Below the pieces are notes generated by a model. That model had not been told where the DNA came from, did no database searches, and was given only the letters and a program-made list of their open reading frames with translations. Positions 60,849 to 64,000 of a DNA stretch of 64,000 nt are shown in pieces. The number at the start of each line of letters is the position of its first letter. Position 1 is the first letter of the stretch. Location of the stretch: NCBI RefSeq assembly GCF_003790525.1, contig NZ_CP033635.1. The stretch is one strand, 5' to 3'. The translations under genes and the position numbers were made by a program. This DNA is from Escherichia coli. Its GTDB lineage: Bacteria; Pseudomonadota; Gammaproteobacteria; Enterobacterales; Enterobacteriaceae.

Positions 60849-60880
60849 CGGCAGGAGAAATACCCCTGCCGTTTTTTATT
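60849..60880 (+). terminator. gltX rho-independent terminator
   Basis: Stem cggcagg / cctgccg followed by ttttttattt. Confidence 0.75.
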
Positions 60881-60949
60881 TATCCGGTGCGCCGTAAAAC
60901 CCCGTCCTTCAGGGCGGGGATATAAGGCGCGGTTTTCCACCTGACCAGG

Positions 60950-61363
60950 TGTTTGCTGTTGTTCAATGTATTGGCGGATGACGGATATTGGCGCACCTCC
61001 GCAGCTACTGGCAAAATAGCCAGGACTCCACAAAACGCCTTTGTAGTAATACCTGACTGCAATATCTGGTCGATCTCGTCGCAGTCACCTACCCGATACG
61101 CCTTTGAGGCTGTTTACCAGACTGGATATCGCCAGTTTGGGAGGATAGTTAATTAACAAATGGACGTGATCTGGTTCGCCATCCATTTCAACCAGTTCAG
61201 CTTCAAAATCAGCACATACATTTGAAAAGTAAGTGCGTAGTTTTTCTGTCGCGTCATGGTCAAAAATCTGGCGTCGGTATTTGGGACAAAGACCAGGTGA
61301 ACATGCATCAGGAAAACACAATGCCTTCCACGCCGGATATCGGTTTCTTTTTTCACAGACCAA
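60950..61363 (-). pseudogene. tnpA: IS200/IS605 tnpA (HuH Y1 transposase), frameshifted
   Basis: N-terminal part in frame of 61085-61363 (…CPKYRRQIF…HVHLLINYPP…LKGVSGR*); C-terminal part (LWSPGYFASSCGGAPISVIRQYIEQQ) in a different frame at about 60950-61033. Confidence 0.65.
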
Positions 61364-61378
61364 AATATAATTTGACCT

Positions 61379-62589
61379 GTGAAACGACTACAGGCATTTA
61401 AATTCCAGTTAAGACCCGGTGGTCAACAGGAGCATGAAATGAGGCGCTTCGCAGGCGCATGTCGTTTCGTTTTCAATCGTGCTCTGGCGCTTCAGAATGA
61501 GAATCATGAGGCCGGTAATAAATACATCCCTTACGGGAAAATGGCTTCCTGGCTGGTTGAGTGGAAAAACGCCACTGGAACGCAATGGCTTAAAGATTCT
61601 CCCTCACAGCCATTGCAACAGTCACTGAAAGACCTTGAGCGGGCTTACAAAAACTTCTTCCAGAAGCGGGCTGCTTTTCCCCGATTCAAAAAGCGGGGAC
61701 AGAATGATGCATTCCGCTACCCGCAGGGCGTTAAGCTCGATCAGGAAAACAGCCGTATTTTTCTGCCGAAACTGGGCTGGATGCGCTACCGGAACAGCCG
61801 TCAGGTCACGGGTGTTGTGAAAAATGTCACGGTCAGCCAGTCCTGCGGTAAGTGGTACATCAGTATTCAGACAGAAAGTGAAGTATCAACTCCGGTTCAC
61901 CCTTCAGCATCAATGGTCGGGCTGGATGCCGGCATGGCTGAACTTGCCACGCTGTCAGATGGGGCACAGTCTTTGAGCCTGTAAACAGTTTTCAGAAAAA
62001 CCAGAAGACGCTGGCGAGACTTCAGCGACAGTTAAGCCGCAAGGTCAAATTCAGCAATAACTGGAAGAAGCAGAAACGCAAAATACAGCGACTGCATTCC
62101 CGTATCGCAAATATCCGCAGGGACTACCTTCACAAAGTCACAACGACCGTCAGCAAAAACCACGCAATGATAGTCATTGAGGATTTGAAGGTCAGCAACA
62201 TGTCAAAGTCAGCAGCGGGTACGGTCAGCCAGCCGGGGCGCAATGTCCGGGCAAAATCAGGTTTAAACCGTTCGATACTGAATCAGGGCTGGTATGAAAT
62301 GCGCCGCCAGCTTGAGTACAAGCAGCTCTGGCGTGGCGGTCAGGTGCTTGCTGTTCCGCCAGCGTACACAAGCCAGCGTTGCGCGTGCTGTGGTCATACA
62401 GCGAAAGAAAATCGCCTGTCACAAAGTAAATTCAGATTCCAGGTATGTGGATATACAGCGAACGCCGATGTAAACGGCGCTCGTAACATTTTAGCGGCGG
62501 GGCACGCCGTTCTTGCCTGTGGAGAGATGGTGCAGTCAGGCCGCCCGTTGAAGCAGGAACCCACCGAAATGATTCAGGCGACAGCCTGA
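61379..62589 (+). pseudogene. tnpB: IS605-family tnpB (RuvC-like RNA-guided nuclease homologue), single frameshift
   Basis: Frame 1: 61379-61984 (…VGLDAGMAELATLSDGAQSLSL*); continues in -1 frame from 61981 to 62589 (VNSFQKNQKTLARLQRQL…IEDLKV…CACCGHT…[10 protein letters not shown]); shift at agc-ctg-taa, consistent with a 1-bp deletion. Confidence 0.7.
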
Positions 62590-62628
62590 ACGTAGCAGGG
62601 ATCCTCGTCCTTCAGGGCGTGGAGGATG

Positions 62629-63021
62629 TCAAGCTGATTCATCTATGTCGAGACGAGCAAGGAAATTACGAATTCCTTCGCGTGACAAAAATTGCGCAAC
62701 TTTTTCCCGCTCACTGTGAGTCATGTTGTCTATTGCGCTGATGATTTGCCGATAAGCAGGAGTGCGAATCCCCGGTGCGTATTCGGCAAGGGGTTCTTCG
62801 GCTTCCAGAAGCATCGGCGTGTTATGGAAGGCTGGCGTGTTCTGAATAAACTCGCAAACTTGCGTATCGACCAGAATAAGTCTGGCACGACCGCCTTTCA
62901 CGCCGGGAAATTTTTCCGTTTTCCAGCCTTTTTCTCTGATCCAACGGTTAACAGTTTGTTTAGCCACACCGAGGCATTCAGCCAGTTCTTCGGTGGTCAT
63001 TTTATTGCGTAATCTTTTCAT
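62629..63021 (-). CDS. yfeD: Small putative DNA-binding protein (DUF1323-like)
   Basis: 130-aa ORF (MKRLRNKMTTEELAECLGVAKQTVNRWIREKGW); paralogous to adjacent yfeC. Confidence 0.8.
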   Translation of the reverse strand: MKRLRNKMTTEELAECLGVAKQTVNRWIREKGWKTEKFPGVKGGRARLILVDTQVCEFIQNTPAFHNTPMLLEAEEPLAEYAPGIRTPAYRQIISAIDNMTHSEREKVAQFLSREGIRNFLARLDIDESA

Positions 63022-63022
63022 A

Positions 63023-63382
63023 TTATTTGCTATCGCGAATCCCTAAGCGTTGTAATAATCCGATAATCCCTTCCCGCAGAAGCAAGGATGTAAACTGTTT
63101 TTGTTCAACTGGCGTCATCTCTTTCGCCAGTGTCACCAGCAACACTTCAAGCGGCGCATCACCAGACAGGGCAGGCGTTTCTCCCTGACTTTCCGGACGT
63201 TCAGCATTGCGAATATATTCACGAACCTGTTCATTGACGTGAACCAGTCGGGCTTTGCCACCCTGGACGCCTGGTTTTGGTGACGTTGTCCAGCCTTCCT
63301 TGCGTACCCATTTATTAATGGTCTGGCGGCTATAGCCGGTCAGTCTGGCAAGTTCATCTGGCGTCATCCTCTCCTTGAACAT
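63023..63382 (-). CDS. yfeC: Small putative DNA-binding protein (DUF1323-like)
   Basis: 119-aa ORF (MFKERMTPDELARLTGYSRQTINKWVRKEGW). Confidence 0.8.
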   Translation of the reverse strand: MFKERMTPDELARLTGYSRQTINKWVRKEGWTTSPKPGVQGGKARLVHVNEQVREYIRNAERPESQGETPALSGDAPLEVLLVTLAKEMTPVEQKQFTSLLLREGIIGLLQRLGIRDSK

Positions 63383-63541
63383 AACAATTCCCTGAATGTA
63401 TGTGGGTCTATTAGTAGTTCATTTTATAACACCACTTTACAGGAAACCGTGACATGAATAACTACTGAATGCGAGCGGTTTTCCAAAATTGTTCATTTGC
63501 CTGATTTTTCAGCGATTGAAACTACACGTTGCAATTTGCCG

Positions 63542-63570
63542 TTGACACATTCGGGCGGAATTCATATGAT
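63542..63570 (+). promoter_or_regulatory. Sigma70 promoter of the tRNA-Ala operon
   Basis: TTGACA (63542-63547), 17-nt spacer, TATGAT (63565-63570), GC-rich discriminator; about 30 nt upstream of the tRNA. Confidence 0.65.
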
Positions 63571-63602
63571 GCCGCCCGTCAACTCGACAAGCTTTACGTG
63601 AC

Positions 63603-63678
<76 letters not shown>

Positions 63679-63717
63679 AATTTTGCACCCAGCAAAATTT
63701 GTACGTAAACGCATCGT

Positions 63718-63793
<76 letters not shown>

Positions 63794-63802
63794 AATTTCA
63801 AA

Positions 63803-63828
63803 CCCTCGCTGTAAAGCGGGGGTTTTTT
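63803..63828 (+). terminator. Rho-independent terminator of the tRNA-Ala operon
   Basis: Stem ccctcgc / gcggggg (one G-U pair) followed by tttttt. Confidence 0.7.
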
Positions 63829-64000
63829 GTCTCTGCTTTTTGCCGCTTTTGTAATACAGTCTACGTCCGGGTTAGCGGCGCCTGGTGAAAGCATCATTGG
63901 ATGAAAAATCGGCAACAGGCTGACCCCTGTTTGCTTCGCGATGCGAATAAACTTATTATTTGTGTGCCTGAAAACCCCGATCAGTGAGAGTAGTGTACTC

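Larger units (their letters stand above)
60881..62630 (+). mobile_element. Degenerate IS200/IS605-family insertion sequence (divergent tnpA and tnpB, both disrupted); boundaries approximate
   Basis: TnpA-like (HVHLLI, PKYRR) and TnpB-like (RuvC motifs, zinc finger) reading frames; 14-nt direct repeat cgtccttcagggcg in subterminal hairpins at 60903-60916 and 62605-62618. Confidence 0.7.

Overview
This window reads as a core-chromosome segment of an Escherichia coli-type genome, running from narQ (5' part, minus strand) to the alaW-alaX tRNA pair, with no evidence of a novel multi-gene system. Gene identities were assigned by reading the translated ORFs and from remembered E. coli gene order; no database search was run. 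Order: narQ, aegA, nudK, ypfG, tktB-talA, maeB, the complete 17-gene ethanolamine-utilisation operon (eutSPQTDMNEJGHABCLKR), hemF-amiA, ypeA-yfeZ-yfeY-yfeX, yfeW, murPQ/murR, ucpA, cysPUWAM, yfeK, pdxK, crr-ptsI-ptsH, cysK, cysZ, zipA-ligA, ypeB, yfeH, yfeR, yfeN, xapAB-xapR, lysV-valY-valX-valU tRNAs, gltX, yfeD-yfeC, alaW-alaX. Most ORF-track entries with N-terminal extensions were trimmed to the conserved start. The non-core content is two insertion sequences: an intact IS4 with a 12-bp target duplication, inserted in the loop of the crr/pdxK intergenic palindrome, and a degenerate IS200/IS605-family element between gltX and yfeD whose tnpA and tnpB are both frameshifted. Other points worth a second look are two copies of a GC-rich boxC-like repeat (one inside the eut operon), an unlisted 52-codon hydrophobic ORF between xapB and xapR, and apparent differences from the K-12 arrangement as I remember it (eut operon uninterrupted between eutA and eutB; no gene between yfeK and cysM). 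No CRISPR array was seen.
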